This document shows, one piece after another, positions 1 through 13,830 of a stretch of DNA of 64,000 bases (positions are counted from its first letter, which is position 1; every line of letters begins with the position of its first letter). The notes beneath the pieces were generated by a model. The model had not been told where the DNA came from. It did not search any database and was given only the letters and a program-made list of their open reading frames with translations. This DNA is from Chrysomallon squamiferum (taxonomy: Eukaryota; Animalia; Mollusca), in assembly GCA_012295275.1 (NCBI GenBank), contig CM022671.1:10974001-11038000 (forward strand), read 5' to 3'. Made by a program: the position numbers and the translations under genes.

Positions 1-480
1 AAATCAAATTTAAAGCATTTTTCATTAATTTGGGAATAAAAATCCATCTGGAATATATTTTTATTTATTTTTACATTATTTATTCATTAGAACGTACGAG
101 TACTTCAATCAGTGGATGTCTCTAGCAAAATTCCATTTAAAAACGTATCCGTTAAATAGGGAATAGGCTGAATGTTCCCTTTTCTCAAATTGTACAAGAC
201 AGACAGACAGAAAAAGTTGAACGTACTAATCAGAGTTGTAAGAGGGTCCTTTAGTCATTCATATACATCTGTCTTTATCATAGCAGTAAATAAATAAATA
301 AATAAATACCAAACTAATTACAGCAGAATTTAGACAGCCGTATGTTTGTGATGATACACAGACGTGTTATGTTGTACTCACTGACTGAAAGAACTTACAT
401 TAAATAGGTTTTTCTACTCTTTCTACAATAACACGACGTGGGTTAAGACTTTAGTTACTGTAAAGAGTGATATTATTATT

Positions 481-525
<45 letters not shown>

Positions 526-932
526 ATTATTATTTTTTTTTTTTAAACTAAGTATCATAATTAAACCGAGAAAAATTACTGACAAAGCGTTTGGATGCAT
601 TGCTTCTGTCAGATGTCTTCTTGATGTAACAAATATAGAACGTAACACAGAACATATAACCACGCACTCAAAATTAAATATATATATTGCAGACGCTGAG
701 GTGTAAAGACATTAATGACCAAGAAGTGCAGATTAACAAATGATTCCTACGAAGACAACACTGAGTAAAGAACGATTCAAGTAATCGATATATTACTGCT
801 GCAATGACGCATAAATCGTCTCAGAAATCGAAACAGAAAAAAATATACTTTAGAAAGAGTATCTGGTCAGAAAGAAGACACAGCCAGAGAACCCGGAATG
901 TGGAAACGTGGAACGAAGCGGATGAAATAACT

Positions 933-936
<4 letters not shown>

Positions 937-998
<62 letters not shown>

Positions 999-1165
999 TT
1001 TAATTATATATACGTGTGTGTCTGTGTTTACACACACACACACACACACACACAGAGAGATATTTATTTTTTATATATGTGTGTGTCTGTGTTTACACAC
1101 ACACACACACACACACACAGAGAGATATTTAATTTTATATATATGTGTCTGTGAGAGAGAGAGAG
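937..1165. repeat. Compound microsatellite: (GA)n followed by a duplicated TA/TG/CA block
   Basis: (GA)n at 937-996, then gtgtgtgtctgtgtttac(ac)n-agagagatattta twice. Confidence 0.9.
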
Positions 1166-3260
1166 ACAGCTAAATGATGACATACACAAACACACACATA
1201 CACACATACAAACATACAGACACAAAAACCTGTATAGCGCGTATAAAAACAGAAATACATAAAACACAGAAGCACACAGGCATATAGAAGTGACAAGCCA
1301 GTTTCAGTCATCCATCGTGGATTGTCAGCTAAACCAGCTGAGACGGGGGAAAAATGAAAAAAATGAAAAAAAGAAAAAGAAAAGGAATTAAAATGAATAA
1401 ATAGACGGCAACTATTCCTAGTATACTCACTAAATAATATTTTATGAAATTAGCTTTGCTGAAGTATTGTCCCTGTACTGTTTTCAGGACTTGTTACCAC
1501 TTTCAAAAAGTAATAATAATAATAATAAAAAAAACAGTTTATATATCCTACCCATTCCTGTCCACTTAAACCTCTAAATCACAATTTTCAAAGAGTTAAG
1601 CAAAATAAGCGTGAAACCGATTCATAATAAAATTTGAAGAAATGAGTTAAATAAAGCTTTACTAAATAAAATGTTAAATATTTTCCCGTATGATAGCAGT
1701 TCAGATTTTCTAGAGATTTTAGATATGATTTAAAAGAAGAAGAAAAACAACAAACAAAAAAACTGTATTATGATGAACTGAGGTGTTTCACTCAAGGCGC
1801 TAATTTCACTAGAACATGGCTGCCAGCATTTCCGTATAGCATGAAGACTGGATAGCTCATATTGTCTTCTTTTGAAATAATAACATTAGTAATGTAATAA
1901 GCAGTATATAATGACGTCCATAACACTATTTTTTTTTCTTGATATGCATTTTCAGTTGTATTTTTAAAAAAACAGGAACAACAACAACAAAATAATAATA
2001 ATAAAAAAAATAATAATAACAATAACAAAATAATTTTAAAAATAAGAACAAAAAAAGAAGAAGAAAATAAACTGTAATAATAGTAATAAAAGGAAACAAA
2101 CGAAAATAATTAATTTAAAATAAACAAATAAATAATAATATAAAAAACCCAAAACAACAACACAAAAACACACACACACTAAATAACAATAAACCGTGTT
2201 GTTGATGATTTTATTACATTATTCAAAGCAGCATTTATATATATATATAATAGAGCATTTTACTAATGTTATTAAGAACAAACCATTATAAAAACCAGTA
2301 CAACTAATTATAACGATGATGTGATAAAAATGGAATGTACAGGTTTAAGTAAATTTGAGAGCAAAAGGTGGGTGAGTACATCAACGCTAAGACGACAGGT
2401 ACATAACGGTAATATCACACTAATTGTACCATTGTTCACGTTAAGTAAGTGACTTGCTCTAGCTCTTTCACAAGTCTGACATTTAATGGCTGCACGGAGT
2501 CGTTACCTAATGTTGGAATAACAAAAGACTTTGGATGTTTATGAAGATTCTGATAATTCTGTTCTCGCATTTGCTCCACCCACGTACGCCTGCTATGAGA
2601 GTTATACCATTACAAGTACGTATGAACCGAATACAACACACATACGCACGCAAACACGCACACTTGTACATTCAGCTTTAAATCAAACCACCCCCAGCAA
2701 CGTGTTCTATAAATCGAATTACTGCTACTACTATTACAATATCACTTATTACAATTACTGCTGATACCTGCAGTCGCTACTACACCTACTACCAGTACCA
2801 CTACAACTACTACTGCTGCCATTACTACTACTACTTATTCAGCTATTACTATTTCTGTTACTACTACAACCATAATCAACTTTACTTATTATTAATAATT
2901 ATTACCGTTAATGTTGTTGTTCTTCTCCTTTTATTTTTGTTTCATTACAAACCACTTTACTTATTATTATTATTTTTTTACAGTCAAGAATTCTTTTTTA
3001 GACGAGTATATTTGTATTGTAATATTATTGACTGGAGCCTCGGCTCTTGCAGAATCAGTTTCACTGGCTGCCCGGCAAGCTAATACAGCATACAACATTC
3101 TACCTGTGTGTGTGCTGTCTTTTTGTGATCACGAAGCATTTTAGTTTTTAATTAATTGGCTAATTATAAGCGATACAGTTTCACTATCTTTATTGTACAA
3201 AGGCATGCGGCTTAGAGATACAGAATAACGTAGAAAATAATATGACAACATTGTAAAGGA

Positions 3261-3387
<127 letters not shown>

Positions 3388-4023
3388 GAATGACACGTGT
3401 TATAATAATAAATGTTAAAAGCTGCCAGTAAGAAACAGCTATTCTTATTATCTTCTGAATTCAGCTTTTTACTCGTTTACCAAGACCAGACTCCACGAAA
3501 CCCAGAATTTTGCTTTTGCTTTTAACAGACAGGAGGGAGCACGTACTAGCGCTTTTTAAAACCAGTTAGGTGTTTCCTGCATCCTACAAAACACACACAC
3601 TCACACACACACACACACACACATGTATGTTTACCAAGAAAATATATCACGAAACGCTAAATTTTGCTTTTGCTGCTGCTGCTACTATTACTATTAATAC
3701 TGCTGAACAACGTGTTTGCAAAAAAGGCTTTCAGACTATTTATCATGAACAGGAAAACATATAAAAATAAGTAAATAAATAAAAATGAAATCATGAGAGG
3801 CCATTTTGATTATAATCTGGATGTGTTTTTTAAATTATTATTACTCCACCGGAAAACAATTTTTACAAATCATTGACTTGTTTATCGATTTATCTTTTGT
3901 CAACTGAAATATCTGGAAGGAGGACTGAAGCTTTTTTGATACTAACTCCATTTACCATGAATTATTTCCTCCTTGAAGGCAAATCTTAGAATGAACACAG
4001 TCTGCTTATCTGTGAAACTTGTA

Positions 4024-4055
<32 letters not shown>

Positions 4056-4059
4056 ATAA

Positions 4060-4111
<52 letters not shown>

Positions 4112-4865
4112 TGTTAATGTCTAAAAAACCAACAAAATTACCATTTTATCTTCACCAGACAAATACGTTGGGAAATGTGGACGTTCAAAATTTGAGATTT
4201 TTGGTAAATGCGAGCCGGGCTACCAGTCTTTAAACACGCGTTCTCCGAGCTGATTTTAATAATGTTTATATGCTGGAATAGGAATTGCATAAGGAATCGA
4301 AATTTAAGCATGTCAAGGATTCTGAACCTTTTGACCTTGTGGGCTATATGATTTTAAAATTACTTTTAGTCAGAATTATAGCCCAGTAATAATGTGAAAA
4401 AATAACGTGTAACATTCTTTATAAAACAGTAATGTACAGTTAAAGTATGGATATCTCAAGCAATAATGAATTAATATTCTTAGCATTGTTAAATTTCAAA
4501 TTTCTAGTCTAACCTAATTTCTAGTCCGTTCTGATACATTTGTACTGAGCTTACTTGAATTTTGCTCACGTGAAGACTCTGTTTTAATTGAAAATTTATA
4601 AACAGATTTTTAAATCTGAATTGCTAACAAACTTCAGGTTACAATCCAGGTGTACAAACTCACCTGTCATGTGAGTATACATTAAACTCTAGACTGGGCA
4701 CCTGCTGTCTTGGCGCTGGTCATAATGACTGTGGATATTTCTTTTTTGTCGAGTATATCAGATATTTTTCTTTTAACACCAAAATCTATTATCGCCTACA
4801 GTTAGTGCAGCCAGATTGACATCAACCGACATCGAGGCCATACGGAGAAATCTCTCACTGCTAAA

Positions 4866-4934
4866 ATGTATAACGAAATCCGTTACAAGATTATTTCGGT
4901 GTTATGTTGTATATTAGTTGTTTTCCAGTCTTCG
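4866..4934 (+). CDS. Ig-like secreted protein, coding exon 1 (signal peptide)
   Basis: aaaATG start, basic n-region then hydrophobic IISVLCCILVVF, followed by the consensus donor TCG|gtaagt at 4935 (phase 0). Confidence 0.8.
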
Positions 4935-5017
4935 GTAAGTACAGTTTTGTATTGATATTTTTTTTTTTTTTTTTTTTTTTAATAACCGATTTATTATTTT
5001 CTTCTTTTGTTTGTATT

Positions 5018-5048
<31 letters not shown>

Positions 5049-5511
5049 TTAGTTTTTAAATATTTAAATGGAATGTATTTTCGTTCACTTCTAAATGTTT
5101 AATGATTATTAGGTCAGATATACGTTTCTAGTATTAATGATAAAAGAAGAAACCAGAGTAGGGGTCATGGATCTTTGATAAACATCTTATGAAAGACAGG
5201 CAAGCACATACCACATATTTTAATAAGTATTTTATTGTCCAGTTAGAATTAATCATGTCACTTATCTAACATAATTCTTGCGTTCTGATCACCAGTCCAT
5301 TCATTTTGTGATACAAGATTTTCATTAAACCATTCTGAAAACACCGGGATGTTTTCTTTCCCACTCTGTTTTCGTGTCTGTCAGTCTGTCTAATTTCAAC
5401 AGTGTTAATTTTTTTATGACCAGTTAGAATTAATCCTGCCTATCAGACCTAATCCTTTTGAACGCCAGGCTACAAACCATCATTCTCTGTAACATAATAT
5501 ATTTATTAAAA

Positions 5512-5603
<92 letters not shown>

Positions 5604-8497
5604 ACTTTAAAGCAGTGTTCATAGTTTTCATCAGTCCGTTTCGAGCAATATAAAAATGTGAAAACTCTTTTTGTACTTAGAGGTTAAACAAAGCAATTTC
5701 GTTTTTGTTTTCTTGTTATTACGTTTTAGTATTTCATTTATTTTGTTGCAGACACAAATTAGATTTTATTATTGTTTTCTGTTTGTTTAGTTCGGATGAT
5801 GAACATAAGCACACAAAAATGCAATTAATTTTAAACATTGAGAAGTAAACTGTAATATACGTGCTGAGAATAGACGATCAAATTATTTGAAATTTCTCTC
5901 TGACTACCATCTCTTTACCGTACACACGCACCAGTACGCGGATAAGTGAGAAAACCATAAAGAGGCAAATACATGAAACAAATCCGAAAACGCGTAATGT
6001 AAATCGTTTTACTTCACTTTCGAAATCATTTTTTTTTTTTTTAATTTAGAAAAAACCAACAATAACAATACAAAAAAAAAGAAAAAGACAACTCTTATTT
6101 CTTTTCTTTATACGTCATCAATCAATGCAATCCCAATTATATACTTAATTTTTCAACAGTTGTAATGGCTTTCGGATAACACGAAATAACGTGGGCGTCG
6201 AGCAGTTTGCATCTGTTTGTGATGAAAAGAAAACAGAGGAAGGGAAATGTTCAGTGGTTCTTAGTCATTAGACCACAGAGAAATCTAATTTTATCAGTTG
6301 TACAATGACACGCAGTAGAATCAAGGAGAAATCTAATTTTATCAGTTGTACAATGACATGCAGTAGAATCAAGGAGAAATCTAATTTTATCAGTTGTACA
6401 ATGACATGCAGTAGAATCAAGGAGAAATCTAATTTTATCAGTTGTACAATGACACGCAGTAGAATCAAGGAGAAATCTAATTTTTATCAGTTGAGAAATC
6501 AAGGAGAAATCTTTTTATCAGTTGTACAGACACGCAGTAGAATCAAGTAGAAATCTAATTTGGCTCAAGTAGAACACAGAGAAATCTAATTTTATCAGTT
6601 GTACAGACACACGTTAGAATCAAGGAGAAATCTAAATCTAATTTGAACTCTAATTTGGTTTTGTATAATGACACGCAGTAGAACCCAGATAAATCTAATT
6701 TGGCTCAGATGTACAATGACACGCATTAGAATCAAGGAGAAATCTAATTTTTATCAGTTGTACAGACACATAGTAGAATCAAGGAGAAATCTAATTTTTA
6801 TCAGTTGTACAGACACACGTTAGAATCAAGGATAAATCTAATTTGACTCATTTGTATAATGACACGCAGTAGAATCAAGGATAAATCTAATTTTTATCAG
6901 TTGTACAGACACACATTAGAATCAAGGAGAAATCTAATTTTATCAGTTGTACAGACACACATTAGAATCAATGAGAAATCTAATTTGGCTCAGTTGTACG
7001 GACACACATTAGAATCAAGAACAAATCTAATGTTTCCTCTTACAGTATGTTCTTTTAATAGAAGTTAATGGTTTCTCTTGGAAAAAAATACGACAAAGTG
7101 TACACAGTGGTCATTCGTGACTTGGTGAAATGTAACTCCAATTACTGGTACTTACAGCTGTGTTCCTGCTGGTTGTTACCGGAGATACAGGATGTGCTTA
7201 TCTGTTTTATGAACAACTTCAGTGAGGTAACCTACTCTTCTTTTGTGTCCTGGCGCTGATGTAATTTGTATTACCTATTTTCTAGTACATACCTATTTAA
7301 TCTCGTTATAGAAACAAAGGTTTGACCTTTAAATGAAAACCAGACTTTTAATACAATAAAGGAAAATGTTATTTTGATTATAGATATTCAGCGCTCTTGT
7401 TCCCACGCACGTATCTTTATACTTACTTTACGACTTTCCGATTACAAACTGTTTTTATTTACATAATTAAAAATATTTTAACTCTTAACTGGGCTCTTTT
7501 TCTATGGTGTGTACTTCAATGTCTTTAGAATATAGCATTTGTATAATACTTAACATAAGAAATATTATTGTTACATATTATTACATTACTGTTATTTTCT
7601 TAAAGTATTTGAAACGACGAAAATAAAGTCCAAAATTATAGAAGTTAGTGTGAAAAAGTTTACATATGGATTTATTTTTTTAATAGCTCAATAGTTAGTA
7701 TTACGTGTAACTAGCGTTATCCTCTCATCATTAGCAGTAAGATTCACACCTTCACATATATTTTACAACAGTCCTTTGTAAATATTTACTCTAAAAATTA
7801 ATAAAGCAATGTTACAGTGTCAAAACATTATGGACTTTCAAAAATATATAAATATTTGGATTTCACAGCATATACTCGTTTACATCTATTTCTTAACAAT
7901 GTCTAAAAGGAATTGTTAAAATAGTCTTTGTCCAAAAACGTTTAACTGATTTCCATGTGTGTAAAATTATTTGTCTTTTCTTCAACAGTGAACTGTTAAT
8001 GAATCATCTTGCAGTTTCAGTCTATATCAAAATAAAATAAAATAAATACATAAATAAAGCTGACACAAGCAATGGCTGGAAAACATATATCTTAGTTTAA
8101 GATAATTATTTGCTGAAAAGGTTATAAATATTCAGTGCATGATTTTAAAAGCAATTTACCTTTGTTGGAGCCACAAATCAAAACCAGTCCCTTGTGTGAG
8201 GTTTTAGGTTCACTGACTGAATGACAAACTACGTTCATGCACAAACAGTTTGTTTTCTATTCTTACCTCGTCTACATTGTATAAAATGTTTACGGTTCTG
8301 ATGATTTACGTCATCAACAGAGAAACAGGACATAAATACTATCATAAGGACTGCCGCTGTTCTAATGTGAATCATTGATTAATAATCAAAATTGATTACA
8401 AATATGGATTCCTATTAAATGAGGTATTCCTTTAGTGAGATGAAGAAGTATTTTAAAAATATTTTATATTACTTGCAAGTTATATCGGTAATATTAG

Positions 8498-8563
<66 letters not shown>

Positions 8564-9356
8564 CATTCTAAGCAAACAAAGGAAGTATAACCATAAAGTG
8601 ATATTACAAATTATGCAATCAACAGTGACAATAATTATGTGCAAGTTAATGAAAAACTAAAAGATCACATAAAAATACAAAATTTTATGTCAATTAAAAG
8701 TCTTTCATTTTAAGTAGGATTAGAAACAAAAATTGTTTCTACCATTTTATTGTTATACTTCATTATTATGTAAGAGTGGTGGTCAAACTCAAAACACTCT
8801 GGCTTTTGAAAATTATAAATGTTAAACAGCAAATAGATTGATCAATTTTTAATTTCCATTTAATAAAAAGTAAAATCAGTTTTAATTTAACTTAATAAGA
8901 AGTAAAGTCAGTTTTAATTTCAATCAATAAAAAGTAAAATCAGTTTTAATTTACTTAATAAAAAGTAAAATCAGTTACTCATTTTAAAATGTTAATGGAC
9001 TTGACACTTAATTTAAGAGCTGTCTGAAATGAGCAATGTTCTAACGATAAAAATATTTATGCTTTTACGATCAAAACAGAAAATTTTACAAGAAATTTCA
9101 ACTCTTTATGAAAAAAAGCAATTTTGCTTACAAAACAAACAAAAAATATCGATGTTAAAAAAGAGCTGAATGAAGAGCTTGATTCCTTGGAGGAAAACAA
9201 TCGGTCATCGAAAACCACTCGAGATTTCAGCCAACGTGTTCACAAAGAGTTTGTTTGCACATTGCTCCCGGAATTCTATTTTAAATGTCAGGAAAACTGA
9301 AATAATTTTAAAACTCATAGTATCATATATTATTATTACAACTGTTTATTTATTTA

Positions 9357-9432
<76 letters not shown>

Positions 9433-11331
9433 CCTGTACCAGTTAGCCTTTAAGCTTTGGATCGATATTAAAACAGTAATTTATATATATATATATAAAA
9501 ACTGCATGTTACTCCTACTACAACTACTACTATTAGTATTACTACTAATATTGATATTACTTCTAATTAAAATAAAGTTCAATACTTCTTTTCAACAGTA
9601 AGATGGTTAGATTCGGAAATATTTCTATCTCTAAAGAGACCGTCATGTTTTACGTTAACTCCTTATTTTTACAGTAGCAAAAAGATGCCCTTAAGAAACC
9701 AGAAGTGATGCGGTTAACTTGGCAGCTTATTTAATAAATTATTGTCTTTATTAGGCATCTGCAGCCCACCGACGCTTAGAGTTTCAGGAGGTTAAGAATG
9801 AGATGTCAGAGAATACGTCATTCTACTCAGTGAAGTATCTGGCGTCGGTGAAGCCTCAGGTTGAATGGATGTCTGGAAGTTCCGTACTGTTCCGTGAGTA
9901 GAAAAACACTACAGTTTTATCCGATTCAAACTTTGGGAAATAATTCCAATTAAAATATGAGAAGGGAAAGGAAGATGTCAAGTTACTGTTATTTACTGCT
10001 AGTGTCAGTGATATTGTTTTAACAAATAAAAAGAAATGATATTATGTTTTTTGTTCTTCTTCTTCTTCTTTTATAATTTTTCATGATAGTTTGGGGATAG
10101 GTAAATTTAATGTTACTGCACACAAACAGATATATCTTTTATGTACGAACTGACTGCGATGTGTAACAATTGTCAAATAATTTATTGACAGTCTGTGTAA
10201 TCTTTAAAGACGTAATTTTGCTTAGAAGATAGTGAAATAACAATAACGATCCACAGTAACACTATTTAAAGAAATTAAAAAAAATATATATATATAAAAA
10301 GTAAATAAATAAAGAAAAGGATAAGTATCATAAAAAGAAAAGAAAAGAAAAAAAAACAACAACAGAAAACAACCAATAAATAAAAAAAAAACGAGAAAAA
10401 AACCAACAATAACAAACAAACAAAAAAGAAAAGAAAGAGAAAAAATTGTAATAAACTTTGTTTCTTCCTTCCAGCGGACACTTCCACGTCAATGACTCAC
10501 AGTTACGATGGAAACAAGGGAGAACTGACGATAACTCTGACCTTCACTCCGCGATACCCGATTAAACTGTGGATCCAGGAACAAGAGATGAGTTACACCA
10601 TTAAATTTAGATCGCAGTCTTTGGCGTCTTCGATAGAAACTAATTTTCCAGAAATATCTCTCCAAACAAATCTGAATTTCAATACAGAATACGGAAAACA
10701 TCAGATGTTGCCAGTCTCTTTTGAAGCAGATGTAGAAAATACCAACTACAATTTAAAACATATTTTCTGGATGCTAGCCTTATTAAACGGAACGAGAGTT
10801 ACTTTTAACTATGGCGCAAATCTGCCACAATTCAGTTCTGACAACGGACCGGTACTTGAGGTGAAACAACATGCCGCATCTCTCAATCGAGTGGAGTATG
10901 AGATACCTACTGATGATCTCAATGATGGGGGAATACTTAGCGTTGAGATCATTGCTGCTCCCAAGAATACAAACTCACCAGTCGAAGAAATACGCCAAGG
11001 ATATTCTTTCATGCTGCACCCCGCCTCTGCTCCGGGACCGTTTGCTGAAGGATCAGTTGGAATTGTTGAACAGCCGCCCGTCCTCTGCTTCGGAAACGAA
11101 CCGTGCTCGATCACGTGCTCGGTGTACGGCTACAGACCTCTGACTGTCACTCTCCTGGAAGCTGACGCTGACGGGTCGGCGGAAGAACTGACGGACGCTC
11201 GCCGCACAGAAATGAGAGGAGAAAACTGGATCGACACTGTGTTCCCCGTCACGAGAAGCGGGACGTACGTCTGCTACGCTGTCAGCCAGCTGAACTTCGT
11301 TCAGTCACGTGTCAGAGTTTTCAAACTGTGA
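4866..11331 (+). CDS. Secreted Ig-like domain protein, 354 aa; join(4866..4934,9755..9893,10475..11331)
   Basis: All junctions are GT-AG and phase-compatible (0 then 1), giving one open frame MYNEIRYKIISVLCCILVVFQSS/ASAAHRRLEFQ...VKPQVEWMSGSSVLF/PDTSTSMTHSYDG...SGTYVCYAVSQLNFVQSRVRVFKL*. N-terminal signal peptide; the C-terminal domain has Ig-type CSITCSVYG...GTYVC; AATAAA about 100 nt after the stop. Confidence 0.85.
5514..5602. repeat. (CT)n microsatellite
   Basis: Directly visible. Confidence 0.97.
6278..7031. repeat. 48-bp minisatellite, about 15-16 copies, in intron 1 of the Ig-like gene
   Basis: Unit gagaaatctaattttatcagttgtacaatgacacgcagtagaatcaag; the first four copies are near-identical, later ones diverged. 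Confidence 0.95.
8501..8560. repeat. (GT)30 microsatellite
   Basis: Directly visible. Confidence 0.97.
8846..8976. repeat. About 32-bp AT-rich tandem repeat, about 4 copies
   Basis: taataaaaagtaaaatcagttttaattt recurs at about 8861, 8893, 8925 and 8956. Confidence 0.85.
9755..9893 (+). CDS. Ig-like secreted protein, coding exon 2
   Basis: Acceptor ttgtctttattag|, 139 nt with no stop, donor |gtgagt; phase 0 in and phase 1 out, matching both neighbouring exons. Confidence 0.8.
10475..11331 (+). CDS. Ig-like secreted protein, coding exon 3 (terminal, Ig domain)
   Basis: Acceptor tttcttccttccag|, then an 857-nt non-repetitive open frame (contains track ORF 10492..11331) with an Ig cysteine pair and tyrosine-corner motif SGTYVC. 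Confidence 0.9.
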
Positions 11332-11431
11332 ATACGAGAAATCACTTGACTGTCTTGAATCTGGCAAAGTGAAAGGCTTTCTTTGTCGTTCATCACACAT
11401 TTTGACGTTATGTACTAGTTACAGATGTACG

Positions 11432-11463
11432 AATAAAACATAAAATAGCAAATATGAAATAAA
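11432..11463 (+). terminator. Candidate polyadenylation signals of the Ig-like gene
   Basis: Two AATAAA hexamers (about 11432 and 11458) 100-130 nt after the stop, followed by a GT/T-rich tract at about 11485-11520. Confidence 0.55.
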
Positions 11464-11605
11464 AGAACTTGCCCGTTTCGTAGTTGAGGTTGGGTTTTTT
11501 TTGTTGTTGGTTTTTTATCTGAAGTAATCTGTACAGTTACTGAAAATGCTGACAGTCATCATTATTTTCATCATATTTACAGTCTGTGAAGTTTAAAGAT
11601 CGTAA

Positions 11606-11641
<36 letters not shown>

Positions 11642-13329
11642 GTGATAAAAAATGATAAATAACAAATAAATAATAAAAAATAGAACTTAAACCCCCACCA
11701 AAATAAACAAAACAATAACAAAAACAACAACAACAAAACATCTAGAAAACTGGTGTTCGAGCCCGCTGCCCGCAAAGCCTGAATCAGCTGAAAACTGCTG
11801 CCTTTCCTCGGCTCGCACAGATTCACGTTTGTTCAAAGAAGCATGTTACACGTACCATAAAGAGCAAAAGTATATTTTTCCAGTGCAAGCCCGTTTTGTC
11901 ATTTTGTCTGCACTTACCCAGGGTGGCGTTCTTTCCTAGCATGGGAAATACACACAGTTTCATTTCTACAGTCTCGCGGTTCTCCGTTTGTACAAAAAGC
12001 TAATAAATAGTTTCATCTGAAAGAGCATAACATTTTTATTTTTGTTTTTAAATCGAAAACAATTTTCTTTTTTCTTTCTTTTTTAGGGAATCTTATAAGA
12101 ATGAGTTTTTGAACTGAATATTCTCTATCATATCGAGGAAAACATCCTATATCAATAATATTTTTCAAAAGAGTAATTTCTGCATTTTCTGAAGGACGAA
12201 AACCTCACAGAAAAATCGCGGTTCACTCGTTCATAAAAAATGAACTTCGATCTAAGCCATCAATAAGCAAGTGGGTGAAAATGAGTTGTGGCCAAAAATA
12301 CGAGCGACGAACATATAACTTAAATAATAGAATAAAGCAATAGAAGGAGCATTCTTAATAACTTTTCTCAGCCACAGACGTTAAAAAATACTCAAATTAT
12401 TTGTTACAGAACGTTGATGTTAGTGATTTCAATAGAGGTAACTTTGCATCGCATTGCTGAAAGTTGTCAGTTATTTGTGGAAATTGGACAATCGTCAGTG
12501 ACTTGATAATGCTCAAGAAGAATGCAAACTGAAATATACTCAGCTTTATAATCATACTGGGCTTAAGAGCCATTTTTGGTGAGCCGCTAAATGAAATATC
12601 TGCATTATATGAATCTGGAGGAAAAGATAAGCAGTCTCTAGATGTTAAATGCTTGAAGTATGTGCAGTTTATGTACAGAATTGAGAAAAGAAATTAGCTA
12701 CCAAAATGCTTTTTTATTTATTTAGTTTTTTGTTTTATTTGTCGGTTATTTATTTATTTATTCATTCATTCATTTACGTAGTAATGAAATTTGGAGAACG
12801 TTGTTATTAAACTTTTGTTGGAATAAAGATTTATATCACTGGGGAGGGGCGCCGTGTTTTAATACAAGATGGAATTTTGAGTTCATTAACCACAAACACA
12901 AAAATACAAATAAAATATAGGCTTATCATTCTGGTATAAACCAAACAATATTATTTTTAATTTTTAAAAAATTTTGAATTTTTTATTTTTAAAATTTTTT
13001 TACACTGTACAGAAGGGATAACTGTATGATGCAACGGCGATATAAATTAATGAAATGGGATACTGGAATGTTTTCGAATTACCAGTGTTTGAATAACAAT
13101 AATAAGAAGAAAAAAAGAAAAAAGAAGTGAAATGTACAATGTGAGGTCTGTACGCAGTCTGACTATGTGAACTATGAATTATTCGCAGTCACGGCACAGT
13201 AGAAAAATGTAGGGTGTCGTAACCAACGTCGTTAATTCTTCAGCGGATCCGGTTTGATAAATTAACTTCATTACCTCCCTAGCCAACCTACTTACCACGT
13301 TTTAAACAATATCGGAGGAGGATGTACGC

Positions 13330-13394
13330 GCTGGACCCACCTAGCAACCCAGGGTTTCAGGCTGGACCCACCTAGCAACCCAGGGTTTCAGGCT
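13330..13394. repeat. Exact 31-bp tandem duplication
   Basis: gctggacccacctagcaacccagggtttcag at 13330-13360 and 13361-13391. Confidence 0.95.
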
Positions 13395-13830
13395 ACGCCC
13401 ACACACATTTCTGCGAACGGGTCTTCGTCAGTCTCATTTTAAAACGATGTTGTTAATCGAACATCATTCCCGTGGAAATATCTAATTAATCTACTTTCTG
13501 AATTAATGCAATGTTTTTAATATTTTATGCAAGTAAATAATTTTTATTAACATAGTAAACGGTAGCAAAATACACAAACATTTCAGTTGTGTGATATTGG
13601 TATAATGATGATTTGCCACAAAGGAAATCCACTGGTAATATTCCATCTTACTGTTTAACAGCAAGGACACTTGATACTGTCCAATAAGCTAATTACACTG
13701 GAGTGCTAGTACGAGAAATAATTATGTACCTTACAGAACAAATCACTGAACAACGTTCTGAAAAACAAATACTGGAGGTCATAGTCTTGATCTGAACGTT
13801 ATACAATACCTTCATTTGCAGGTTTCATCG

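Noticed and set aside
7158-7226. Possible in-frame 69-nt cassette exon (cttacag|...GAG|gtaacc) in intron 1 of the Ig-like gene
   Set aside because: The polypyrimidine tract is weak, and inclusion would insert LCSCWLLPEIQDVLICFMNNFSE between the signal peptide core and its cleavage site; unsupported without RNA data.
9170-9601. 143-aa ORF and the many similar poly-I, poly-L, poly-Y, ER, SL, CV and HT ORFs across the window
   Set aside because: They are stop-free only because of microsatellites and low-complexity tracts.
11750-11775. gttcgagccc resembling a Pol III B box (tRNA or SINE)
   Set aside because: No A box at a suitable distance and no cloverleaf can be folded.
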